A stretch of 41,623 nt of DNA from Chthoniobacteraceae bacterium. GTDB lineage: Bacteria > Verrucomicrobiota > Verrucomicrobiia > Chthoniobacterales > Chthoniobacteraceae. The stretch's first letter is position 1. The number at the start of each line of letters is the position of its first letter. The position numbers and the translations under genes were made by a program. The DNA lies in the NCBI GenBank assembly GCA_031409335.1, contig JANNWY010000313.1, positions 1 through 41,623 of the forward strand, given 5' to 3'. The notes beneath the pieces are model-generated. The model saw nothing but the letters and a program-made list of their open reading frames with translations. It was not told the origin of the DNA and made no database searches. Below, in pieces: positions 8,823-18,300 of this stretch.

Positions 8823-10076
8823 ATGTTTCCCGCGCTCGCCTTCCGCATTTTGAAAAGCACCGATCCGCGTCTGCTCGGAAAATTCATGTGGAATTTCGGG
8901 GTGAAGGGGCTGCTGTCCGTCGAGAAATTCAAATCGCGGATCAAGCGTGGCGAATACTTCCCGCCGTTCCTTTACCTCTCGATCCTGAACTCCTGCAACC
9001 TGCGCTGCCAGGGCTGCTGGGTGGATGTCGAGGCGGAGCGCACGCAGATCGATCTGGAAACGCTCAACCGCACCATCACCGACGCGAAGGCGCACGGGAA
9101 CGCGTTCTTCGGCATCCTCGGCGGCGAGCCATTCATGCATCCCGAGCTGCTCGACCTGCTCGCGGCGCACCCGGACGCGTATTTCCAAGTCTTCACGAAT
9201 GGGCAGTTCATCACCGATAAAATCGCGAAAAAACTCCGCCAAATCGGGAACGCCACGCCGCTGATTTCCATCGAAGGCCGCGAGATCGTGAGCGATGAGC
9301 GGCGCGGAAAAAAGGAGGTCTTCGCGCGGACGCTGCGCGGGCTGGAAGCGTGTCTGCGCGAGCGCATCCTCACGGGCGTCGCGACGAGCGTTTGCAAGAC
9401 GAACATCGACGATCTCTGCACCGAATCGTGGCTGCGCGAACTCATCTCGCGCGGCGTCCATTACTGCTGGTTTCACACCTATCGCCCGGTCGGGCCGAAG
9501 ATGAATTCCGAGCTCGCGCTCACGCCCGAGCAGCTCGTCCGCGTGCGCCGTTTCGTGGTGGAGATGCGCGCCAAAGTGCCGATCGCGATCATCGACGCCT
9601 ACTACGATGGCGAAGGCAAGGCGCTCTGCCCGATGAGCACCGGCATCTCGCATCACGTCAATCCGCGCGGCGACATCGAGCCGTGCCCGATCATCCAGTT
9701 CGCCACCGAAAACATCCGCGATGAACGCGGTGTCTTCGCCACGATGCGCGACTCAAAATTTCTTAAAGACTTTCGCGAACTCAGCGCGCACCACACGCGC
9801 GGTTGCGTCGTGATGGAGCGCCCGGATTTGGTGAAAGAACTCGTCGTCAAACACGGCGCGCGCGACACGACGATGCGCGGCACCGCGATGGCCGAACTCG
9901 AAGCCATGACGCCCCGCTTTTCGCAATGGCTCCCCGGCCAGGAAATCCCCGAGCAGCACTGGATGTATCGCTGGTCGAAAAAGTATTGGTTCAACGACTT
10001 CAACGCCTACGACCAAGTCGCCCACGACGCCGAGGCGAAAGCGCGCGCGCTCCAGCAGCAACTCGGCTCATCGTAG
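8823..10076 (+). CDS. Radical SAM protein with SPASM/twitch-like C-terminal region
   Basis: CNLRCQGC (CxxxCxxC), GGEP, FTNG, and C-terminal CPMSTG..HVNPRGDIEPCP..GC. ATG 8823 is preferred over the TTG/ATG extension to 8706. Confidence 0.88.
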   Translation: MFPALAFRILKSTDPRLLGKFMWNFGVKGLLSVEKFKSRIKRGEYFPPFLYLSILNSCNLRCQGCWVDVEAERTQIDLETLNRTITDAKAHGNAFFGILGGEPFMHPELLDLLAAHPDAYFQVFTNGQFITDKIAKKLRQIGNATPLISIEGREIVSDERRGKKEVFARTLRGLEACLRERILTGVATSVCKTNIDDLCTESWLRELISRGVHYCWFHTYRPVGPKMNSELALTPEQLVRVRRFVVEMRAKVPIAIIDAYYDGEGKALCPMSTGISHHVNPRGDIEPCPIIQFATENIRDERGVFATMRDSKFLKDFRELSAHHTRGCVVMERPDLVKELVVKHGARDTTMRGTAMAELEAMTPRFSQWLPGQEIPEQHWMYRWSKKYWFNDFNAYDQVAHDAEAKARALQQQLGSS

Positions 10077-10080
10077 CGCG

Positions 10081-10923
10081 TCACTCGGCGGTGGGTTCGT
10101 AGAGGTCGCTTTCCAGCGGGGCGAACGGAGTTTTTTCCACACTGCGCAAGAGATCGGGCCGTGTTTTCCGCGCCGCCCCAAGCACTCGACCCACCTGTGA
10201 TCGCGCCAGCACGACCTCCCCATTGATCGCCTCGACCTCGACTTTCACAATATTGTCCGCGGCAAGATCGCGACCTTTGATTGCGGACTCCACCACAGAC
10301 GGGATGACGAAGGCCGCGACTTGATGTTCTCCTTCGCCGAGGATTTCAGCGTGAGCCATCGTCCCGGTGAACATTTGTTCGGCGATGGAAATCTTGTAGC
10401 GAAATGAAAGCTCGGCGATCCGCGCGCTCGGCGACCGAAAAGACACAACCACCCGGAGCCAAGTTCGCGGAGCGAAGGGTTTCCCCTTCGCATTCGACAG
10501 GACGTAAACCGGAGACTTCAGGAACGTTGGCTCGATGTTCACGATCGAGAAGGAGCGCGAAGCCAGCGCATCAGCGCGATTTGAAATGGCCGGTGTTTTT
10601 TGAAGTTTCGCGACATTCACCAAAGCCTCGCCCGTGGTCGAATTCGTGGGTTCCGGCATCGTATTTAAGGCAGACCCTGGCTCGACCAGAGGCCCGGCAT
10701 CCGCATCCGCAAAACCCTCCGGTGAAACCGGCGTGCCTGCTTCGCCGCGGTCGGCTTTTGCACTGTGGGCTCGCACTTTCCCCGTCGGGATCGGCGCGTC
10801 CTGAACGACGAACCAAATGAGCAGGAAGAGGCAGGCAACGCCCAACGCCGTCAAACCCCATCCAAATCGTCTCCGGGACGCAACCGGCCCACGGTCTTTG
10901 CGTGGAGGATGGGTAGCGATCAT
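10081..10923 (-). CDS. Membrane-anchored protein, Amuc_1102-like (pilus-associated family) candidate
   Basis: N-terminal TM helix (WGLTALGVACLFLLIWFVV), low-complexity linker, then WLRVVVSF..ELSFRYKI..FTGTMAH..LLRSVEKTPFAPLESDLYE. From memory this resembles Amuc_1102-family C-termini (TPFAPL..D.YE). Confidence 0.5.
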   Translation of the reverse strand: MIATHPPRKDRGPVASRRRFGWGLTALGVACLFLLIWFVVQDAPIPTGKVRAHSAKADRGEAGTPVSPEGFADADAGPLVEPGSALNTMPEPTNSTTGEALVNVAKLQKTPAISNRADALASRSFSIVNIEPTFLKSPVYVLSNAKGKPFAPRTWLRVVVSFRSPSARIAELSFRYKISIAEQMFTGTMAHAEILGEGEHQVAAFVIPSVVESAIKGRDLAADNIVKVEVEAINGEVVLARSQVGRVLGAARKTRPDLLRSVEKTPFAPLESDLYEPTAE

Positions 10924-11037
10924 GAGCCGCTGAAATCGTAGGCGATCCGGCAGAACACTCAAGACATGACAACACCACATCGCACCGAAGACGCCGGCAG
11001 CTCAGGCCGCCGAAGGCCCTGGACTGCGGTGATTCCT

Positions 11038-11619
11038 TCACCGCTCTACGGAAAACGCGCGGGGTCTCGATCGCCGCAGTGCCAAGTCCTTCTCGTAAAC
11101 GTAGAGCGTGGCATGCTTCGCCATCCGCAGTTTGGGGCCCTCAAAACCTCGCCGCCGAAACTCAGCACACAGATAGGCCATCATTCCGGCATGAGAAACC
11201 ACCAGAACATCGTCCGCCTTAGCCTCCAGAAGATCGGCAGCGGCTACTACTCTGCGGCGGAACTCATCTCGACAGGCGCGCTGTGACTTGTGGCCGGTCG
11301 CCCACGACATCAACAGGATACAACGCCACACCCAAAAAGGCAGACGCAAAGCGCCGGTCCGGAACGGCGCAAAGTTTGGCTCACGCAAAAGCGCCGTCTG
11401 CTCGAATGGCCCGCGATATACTGCTTTTGCAGTCAAAACGGCACGCTCCATGTCGCTGCTGATGCACTGGGTCCACTGGAACGAGCCTAAGTCCGCCGAC
11501 CCTAAAACCACTGGGGAGGCATCATACTGTTGGAGCCACAGGCGCAGCTCTGCCGTAGTCTTCCAGCCGTGGGGAAACCGCAGCTCGACCGGGAAATGGC
11601 GGATGAGTCCGATGCGCAT
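11038..11619 (-). CDS. Histidine phosphatase (phosphoglycerate mutase-like) family protein
   Basis: LIRH at the N-terminus, SSDMERAVLTA, LRE, VLVVSHAG. Confidence 0.8.
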   Translation of the reverse strand: MRIGLIRHFPVELRFPHGWKTTAELRLWLQQYDASPVVLGSADLGSFQWTQCISSDMERAVLTAKAVYRGPFEQTALLREPNFAPFRTGALRLPFWVWRCILLMSWATGHKSQRACRDEFRRRVVAAADLLEAKADDVLVVSHAGMMAYLCAEFRRRGFEGPKLRMAKHATLYVYEKDLALRRSRPRAFSVER

Positions 11620-11817
11620 TGTAACCTAGTCGGCAGTGTCACCGTTTCCGCTCGTGAGCCCTGACAGGGCGCGAAAAGGGCGCCGCGCGAGAATTGCCAC
11701 GCACATTCCGGGCTTGGCCGTTTTCGGACCGATACCCTGCGCTGGCTTGTTTAGGCTCGTCGAGCCTGTGGACCCAGCTGACATCCAAGCCTTGAAAGTC
11801 AGTGCTAGCCTCCGATT

Positions 11818-11916
11818 TCAACATTCACAATTTGTGCAGCCGGGCAAAGTATAGAGAAGCGTTCCTGCCAGCGCCAGGATGACAATACAGACTGTCGGAA
11901 CGATAAGGAGCTTCAT
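11818..11916 (-). CDS. Small putative membrane/lipo-peptide (32 aa, Cys-rich tail)
   Basis: Manual translation: MKLLIVPTVCIVILALAGTLLYTLPGCTNCEC*. Below the ORF-track length cutoff. Confidence 0.4.
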   Translation of the reverse strand: MKLLIVPTVCIVILALAGTLLYTLPGCTNCEC

Positions 11917-12089
11917 TCGGCAAAGCCATTGAGTAGCCCATTAAGAGTTTGCGTTGCAAGCAGTGTGTCCTTTGGTGGGTTTTCGGGTTCGGAGCCACGC
12001 TGCTGACGGCGGTGGCTGGAAGCAACGGGCATGACCACCGCGCCGGTTTGCAAAGCGCAGAGCTGGCCCGCCGATGGCATTTGTTCGGG

Positions 12090-13160
12090 CTACCTTCCCG
12101 GCCTCGGCGGTTTTATCAGCGAGCGATAGAGCGCCAGGTATTCGTCCACCATTTTGTGAAATCCGAAGCGCGCTTTCGCATGTTCGCGGACTTGCCGGCG
12201 GTCGAGCGCGAGGGCTTCGGGGACGAGTTCGGCCAGGCCGTCGATGACGCTGGAGTGAAATCCGGTGACGCCATTTTCCACGACTTCCTCGACCGAGCCG
12301 CGGCGGTGCGCGACGACCGGCGTGCCGCAGGCCATCGCTTCGATCATCACGAGGCCGAACGGTTCTTCCCATTGGATCGGGAACAGCAGCGCGGCGGCGT
12401 TGCGGAGGAATTCATTCTTCTGCGGGTGATTCACCGGACCGATCCAGCGGACGCGATCGCCGTCGATGAGCGGCTGGATTTTCTCGGCGAAATAACGGTC
12501 TTCCTGCGGATTTTGCGGCTGGCCGGCGAGGATGATCGGCAGGTCCACGGCTTGGGCGATGCGGATGGCGGCGAGCGGATTTTTTTCTAGCGACATGCGA
12601 CCGAGGAAGGCGAGGTATTTCCCCGGCGCGAACGAGGGCTCGTAGGCGTCGAAATCGCAGCCGTTGTACACCGTCGGAAATTCGCGCCCGAGCTTCAGCC
12701 CGGCGGCGTGCATCTGGCAGTGCGAGATGCCGTTCACGGCGACACTCGGCCAGCGGCGGAAGACCCATTCATCGTCGAGATGCGGACTGGTGTGGGTGGT
12801 GAAAAGGCCGGGCGTGTGCGCGGCGGCGGCGAGCGGAAGCCAGGCGGTGCCGCAGTGGTAGTGGATGATGTCGAACTGCTCCTGCGCCTGGAGCACTTCG
12901 GCCATGAGCGAGGCGAGATAATACTCCGGCATGTAGCCGTGGCCGTCGGTGAAAAGCTGCGTGAGATTCGTTTCGAGGACTTCGTGCAAGCGCCCACTGG
13001 TCGTGCAGTCGGCGGAGGAAAACAGCGTCACCTCGTGGCCGCGCGCGACGAGTTCGTCGATGAGCAATTTCATGAGCAGCTCAATGCCGCCGTAGGTGCG
13101 CGGGGGAATCGGCGTCCACAAGGGAGCCACTTGGGCGATGCGCAGCGTATCTGTGTTCAT
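12090..13160 (-). CDS. Glycosyltransferase family 4
   Basis: RIAQVAPLWTPIPPRTYGGIE, FLGRMSLEK, EEPFGLVMIEAMACGTPV. Start MNTDT at 13160. Confidence 0.92.
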   Translation of the reverse strand: MNTDTLRIAQVAPLWTPIPPRTYGGIELLMKLLIDELVARGHEVTLFSSADCTTSGRLHEVLETNLTQLFTDGHGYMPEYYLASLMAEVLQAQEQFDIIHYHCGTAWLPLAAAAHTPGLFTTHTSPHLDDEWVFRRWPSVAVNGISHCQMHAAGLKLGREFPTVYNGCDFDAYEPSFAPGKYLAFLGRMSLEKNPLAAIRIAQAVDLPIILAGQPQNPQEDRYFAEKIQPLIDGDRVRWIGPVNHPQKNEFLRNAAALLFPIQWEEPFGLVMIEAMACGTPVVAHRRGSVEEVVENGVTGFHSSVIDGLAELVPEALALDRRQVREHAKARFGFHKMVDEYLALYRSLIKPPRPGR

Positions 13161-13224
13161 GATGATCTTGAATCGGACGTGGCGCGATGTTAGCTGCGCA
13201 CGTCTTCTCGCCAAACCCTTCTCG

Positions 13225-14319
13225 ATGAAAACATCCGTCCTCGCACCACTCGCCGCGCTCGCGCTCACCGCATCGCTCGCACACGCCGCGATCGCGGCGG
13301 TGCCGCCGATCGAAGACCACCAGGTGCAGCTCCAGATTTTCCTCGATCAGAAACTTTTCGGGCCTGGAAAAATCGACGGACGGCCCGGCGAATTCACCAC
13401 CAAGGCGCTGAAACGATACCAGCGTGCGAACGGGCTGCCGGAGACGGATACGCCGGAAGGTCTGCCGATCGACACGATCAATCCCATCTACACGACTTAC
13501 GAAATCCGGCCCGAGGATGTGAAATTCATCGGCAACGCCCCGTCGAAGCCGGCCGAGCAGGCGAAGCTCAAATACATGCCGTATGAATCGCTGCTCGAAT
13601 TCCTCACCGAGCGTTTTCATTGCGCGCCGGAGTTTCTCACTGCGATCAATCCCGGTGTGAAGCTCGGTTCGTTGAAGCCCGGGAGCGTCGTGAAAGTGCC
13701 GAACGTCGAGCCATTCAAGATCGAGGAACTCACGGTGATTCCCGGACTGCCCGAGGTGCCTGAGTTTTTGAGCCGCGTCATCACGATCGATACGCGCGAG
13801 AAAATCCTCGATCTGCGCGAGGGCGACAAACTGCTCGCGAGCCTGCCGATCACGCCCGGCTCCGGCTCGCTGCCGACCCCGCCCGGCACCTGGCGCATCG
13901 TCGGCGTCGTCGAGATGCCGACATTTCGCTGGGATAAAAGCGTGCTGATGACCGGCGTGCGCAGCGAAACATTTTACGAAATCCCGATCGGCCCGAACAA
14001 CCCGGTCGGCGTCACCTGGATCGGCCTCAACAAACCCGGCATCGGCATTCACGGAACGAACAATCCGCAAACGATCGGACGCGCCGCAAGCCACGGCTGC
14101 ATGAGGACCGCGAACTGGGACGCCGTGCGGCTGGCGAAGCTGGTGACGAAAGGCATGACGGTCGTCATCACCGGCCCGTCGGCACCGAAGCGCAGGCCCG
14201 TGGTCGAACGGCAGTCAACCGTGGTGGCCGCGAAGGAAAAGGACCGCCCGGTCCAGAAAGCGATTCCGGTCGTGCAAAAACCGGTTCCGCCACCGAAGAA
14301 GCGCTTCTTTTTCTTCTGA
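13225..14319 (+). CDS. L,D-transpeptidase family protein with peptidoglycan-binding N-terminal domain
   Basis: Signal peptide MKTSVLAPLAALALTASLAHA. PG-binding-like GKIDGRPGEFTTKALKRYQRANGL. Catalytic IGIHGT..SHGCMR. Confidence 0.9.
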   Translation: MKTSVLAPLAALALTASLAHAAIAAVPPIEDHQVQLQIFLDQKLFGPGKIDGRPGEFTTKALKRYQRANGLPETDTPEGLPIDTINPIYTTYEIRPEDVKFIGNAPSKPAEQAKLKYMPYESLLEFLTERFHCAPEFLTAINPGVKLGSLKPGSVVKVPNVEPFKIEELTVIPGLPEVPEFLSRVITIDTREKILDLREGDKLLASLPITPGSGSLPTPPGTWRIVGVVEMPTFRWDKSVLMTGVRSETFYEIPIGPNNPVGVTWIGLNKPGIGIHGTNNPQTIGRAASHGCMRTANWDAVRLAKLVTKGMTVVITGPSAPKRRPVVERQSTVVAAKEKDRPVQKAIPVVQKPVPPPKKRFFFF

Positions 14320-14367
14320 CCGGGTGCCCGGCGGCGGAGTCAGTGGCTCCGGAAATCTTGCGTCAAC

Positions 14368-15153
14368 CTACTGCTGCTTCTCGGAGAATCCTTCCGCGGG
14401 CGCATCTGGGTCCACCTTTTCGGCGACCGGCTCGGCGTTTTCGTTGAGGCCCCAGTCCTCGGCGGTCTTCCTCGCCTTTTCGGTGGCATTTTCCGCCTGC
14501 AAAAGTTTGCCCGTGGCGCTGCTCATCGCCTCGCGTGCGAGCTTGCCCGCCCCGATCACGTTTCGCTCGCTGCGTTCGAGGCGCTTTTTCAAATCCGCGA
14601 TCTCGGAAAGCAGTTTGGTGACGCCATCCTTCGGCAGCACTTCACCTTCCGGCGGTGTTTGCTTTTGCGAAAGGATGCGGAAATTCGCGCCCTCGATATT
14701 CGAGCGGATCGCAGTGGACTCGAATTGCTTCGCCACATGATCGCGCTCCTTCGCCTGCGCATCGCTCAGCGTTTTCAATCCATCCACTTTCAGCCGCTCC
14801 GCATCGATCCGCTGCGTCGTCAGTTCCAGCGCGCGGGCGAGATGCTTTTTCCGCGCGAGATATTGTTCGAGCAGGTCGTTCGATTCCGCCACGGCGATGG
14901 CGATGGAATCCATGCTCTGCTGCAAAGTGTCCTGCTCCGTCTGCCGCTTTTGCAGGTCTTCGTTCAGCCGCTGCAGCTCGATTTGTTTCGCCGCGATCTG
15001 GCTCTCGATTTCGCGTTTCTTCACGCTTTCGAGGAGGACGAGCGGCTTCTCGCGCTGCTCATCCGCCTCGACGGCGCGCGCGCATGGGATCAGTAAAAAA
15101 ACGCCCGCGACAATGGCTGCGATCGGCTTGGTAGGAAGTGGGATGGTGTTCAT
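14368..15153 (-). CDS. Secreted coiled-coil hypothetical protein
   Basis: Signal-like N-terminus followed by long heptad-rich E/K/Q/L helices; host-like codon usage. Confidence 0.7.
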   Translation of the reverse strand: MNTIPLPTKPIAAIVAGVFLLIPCARAVEADEQREKPLVLLESVKKREIESQIAAKQIELQRLNEDLQKRQTEQDTLQQSMDSIAIAVAESNDLLEQYLARKKHLARALELTTQRIDAERLKVDGLKTLSDAQAKERDHVAKQFESTAIRSNIEGANFRILSQKQTPPEGEVLPKDGVTKLLSEIADLKKRLERSERNVIGAGKLAREAMSSATGKLLQAENATEKARKTAEDWGLNENAEPVAEKVDPDAPAEGFSEKQQ

Positions 15154-15316
15154 CAGGCCGACCCCTACACGGGCTGCGCGCGCGTGACAAGCACTCGGAG
15201 ATGGCCGGAGGTTGTCATTCCAAAAACGATCGCGATAGTTCGCGCATGACTTTTTCGCCCCGCCAAATCATCCGTCGCAACGGGCTGGCCGCGGCGGCGT
15301 TTTTTTGCTGAGAAAG

Positions 15317-18300
15317 ATGATCGCCCGGCACCTTCTCGCAGGCTCAATCGTCTTCGCATCGCTCGCCGCAATGGCCGAGCCGCCGAATCCGAAAATCGTC
15401 CAGCGTTACAAGGAAATGCTCGCGGCGAAACCCGTGGCGGGCACTGTGCTGGACCGGCTCTGGCAGCTTTTTCTCGATCAAAATCAAACGGCGGAATTGA
15501 TCGCGAGCTACCAGGCGGATGCCACGTTCGCGTCGCAAATGGTGCTCGGCGAGTTGTTGCGCAAAGCGGCGCAGCCAGCCGAGGCCGCGGCGGCGTTTGA
15601 ACGCGCATCGCAGCGCGATCCCGAGAGCCCGCTGCCGTGGCTCGCGCTCGGTCGCATCCGCAGTGAAAACGCGGCCCACAAAGCCGCGGCTGGCGCGCTC
15701 GAAAACGCGCTCGCACTTCTCCCTGAAAATGATCCACGGAGCGCGGACATCCTGCTGCAACTCGGCGCCGCGTGGCTCGCCGACGGCGACATCGCGCGCG
15801 CCGCGGAAGCGTGGGAACGCACCATGGCGCTCGCCCCCGCGAATCTCGAATTGCGCCGCCAGCTCGCCACCATTTACACCGACAATCGCCTCCACGAGCG
15901 CGCGCTGGTGCATCTCGATTTCCTCGTGAAAAACGCCGCGCCCCAGGAGCGCGCGCAGGCGCTCCAGCGGATCGCCCGCATTTACCAGGGCACCGGCTCG
16001 CAGGATGAAGCGCTCGACGCGCTCGCCCGCGCGCTCGCCCTCACCGCTCCGGGGAACTGGCTGCGGGCCGATCTGCAATCGCAGATCATCCGGCTCCATC
16101 AGCGCTACCACCGCGTGCCCGAGCTGGAGGATCGCTGGAAGGAAAACGTGTGGGACAATCCGCGCGACGCCGCCGCGTTTCTGCAACTCATCGACCTCTA
16201 CGAGCGCACCGGCGAACTCGAGCTCCAGCGCGAATGGCTCGCAAAGCTCGTCGCGCTCGCCCCGAATTCGCCGGAGTACCGCACGAAACTCGCCCGCCTG
16301 CTTGTCCACATGGACGACCTGCCCGGCGCGATCGCGCTGTTCGATCCGCTCTTGAAAGAGCAGCCGGGAAATGTCGATCTCGTCTTCGAGCGGGCGCGCC
16401 TCGATGTGCAGCGCGGCGACACCGATGCCGCGCGGGCGCGCATCGCGACCCTGCTCCAGACGACGAAGGACAGCGAAGCCGCGCGCGCGAAGGCGCTGGA
16501 TTTTTACGAAACCCACCGGCTCAACGACCTCCTCGAAGCGCATCTCAAAGCGGACGCTGCCGGTGGCGCGGAGGACCCGGTGATAGCCCTCGCCAATTTC
16601 TTTTTCGCGCAAAATCGCGAAGCCGACGCGCACGCCACGCTCGATCGGCTCGTGCCGAAAAATGGCGCGAAGGAAGTCCAGGCCGCCGCGTTTTTCAAAC
16701 AGGCGCAAATCCTGAAAACGCAGAACGCGCTGCCTGCCGCCGCGACGGCGCTGCGCAAGGCGATCGTGCTCGCCGCGCAGCCGCGCGAGATGTGGGAGCT
16801 GCTCGGCGAGATCGAGACCGCGCTCGGAAAATTGGCGGACGCGCGGCTCGCGTTCGAGCAGGCCGTCGCCACGAGCCGCGCGCCCGCGGAGCGGCTCGAC
16901 GCGGATCAGCGGCTCTTCGAAAGTTTCCGCGTCGAGCCGGAAAACAACCCGCCCGCGCGCCACCCGTCCATCCTCCCGGTGCCCGGCTCGGGCAGCGCCG
17001 AGCCGAATAGCGTGCTGCAATCCTACCTCCTCGGTATGACCCGCTCCGCCGCGGAAAAGCCGGGCGTCGAAGGCTGGCTGCGCGTCGCCCGCTGGCATCT
17101 CTGGAGCCGCAATCAGCGCTCCGCGCTCGAATACGCGAACAAGGCGCTCGCCCTCGCGCCAGACGCGGTCGAGACGCACGAGTTCATGGTGAAAATCGCC
17201 GCCAGCGATCCCCGCGGCACCGACGCGATCAAACACCTCGCGATCCTCCAGCGCATCGACCCCGCGAGAAAAGCGGAGTATCGCCGCCGCGCCGGACAGC
17301 TCGAATTGCAGGCGGGCCGCATCGCGGAGGCCGAGCGCATTTTCACCGAACTCACCCAGGAGACGCCGGGCAACATCGACGCGCTCACCGATCTCGCGCT
17401 CACGCAGCAGCGCGCGGAAGCGTGGGAAAAAGCGCTCGCCACCTGGCGGCAGATCGTCGCGCTGAGTCCCGCTTCGCGGAAAAAAGAGGCGACCGGTCCG
17501 CTGCTGCGCGTGTATGAGCGGCTCAACCGCCATCAGGAAGCCGCCGCGCTGCTCCTCTCCCAAATCGACGCGATGGGCGACGAGAAAAGTCAGCTCGCCG
17601 CATTCGCCGATCTGCTGGCGCTCTGCGTCAAACACCAACTCGTGGACTGGCTGCGGGGTGAACTGGAAACGCGCCGCAAAATCCGCGCGGACGATTATTT
17701 CACCGAGATGGCGTTCGGCCGGATTTTGAAAGCGACCGGCAACAAAGCCGCCGCGTTTGAAGTCCTCGCGGACGCCTCCTTCGCCGCTCCGAATCAAGCC
17801 GAGGCCTTGCCCGAACTCGTCCGCGAGGCGGAGGAATTGCGCCGCCTCGACGCCGCGGTGCGGCTGCAATCCCAGCTCGTGCGCATCCTCCCGCAGACCG
17901 GCCCGGCGGCGCTCGTGAAGCTCGCGCAATTGCAGGAGAAAAGCACCGACCTCGGCGGCGCGGCGAAGACGTGGGAGCGCATCACCACGATCTTTCCGCG
18001 GGATGCCACGACGCTGGAGCAGGCCGTCGCCTTTCAAACGCGCTGGGGCAGCACCGCCCGCGCGGCCACGCTGCTCCGGCAAATCCGCGCCATCGATCCC
18101 GCAAATCTCCGCGCGCTCGGGCAACTCGCCCGGCTCGACATCGAGGCCGGCGAAACCGCCGAGGCACAGCAATGCCTGGAACAAATCCTCGCGCGTTCCA
18201 CGCCGGAAAAACCCGGCCTGACGCTGCGCATCCCCGGCGTGATCCCCGAGGACGCGGGCCGCCTTCGGAATGATTATCTGTTTTCCCTGCGTGGAAATGG

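Noticed and set aside
8823..10076. Radical SAM/SPASM as a RiPP maturase cluster
   Set aside because: No adjacent co-oriented precursor, RRE/PqqD domain, peptidase or exporter is visible; it looks like a stand-alone conserved family member.
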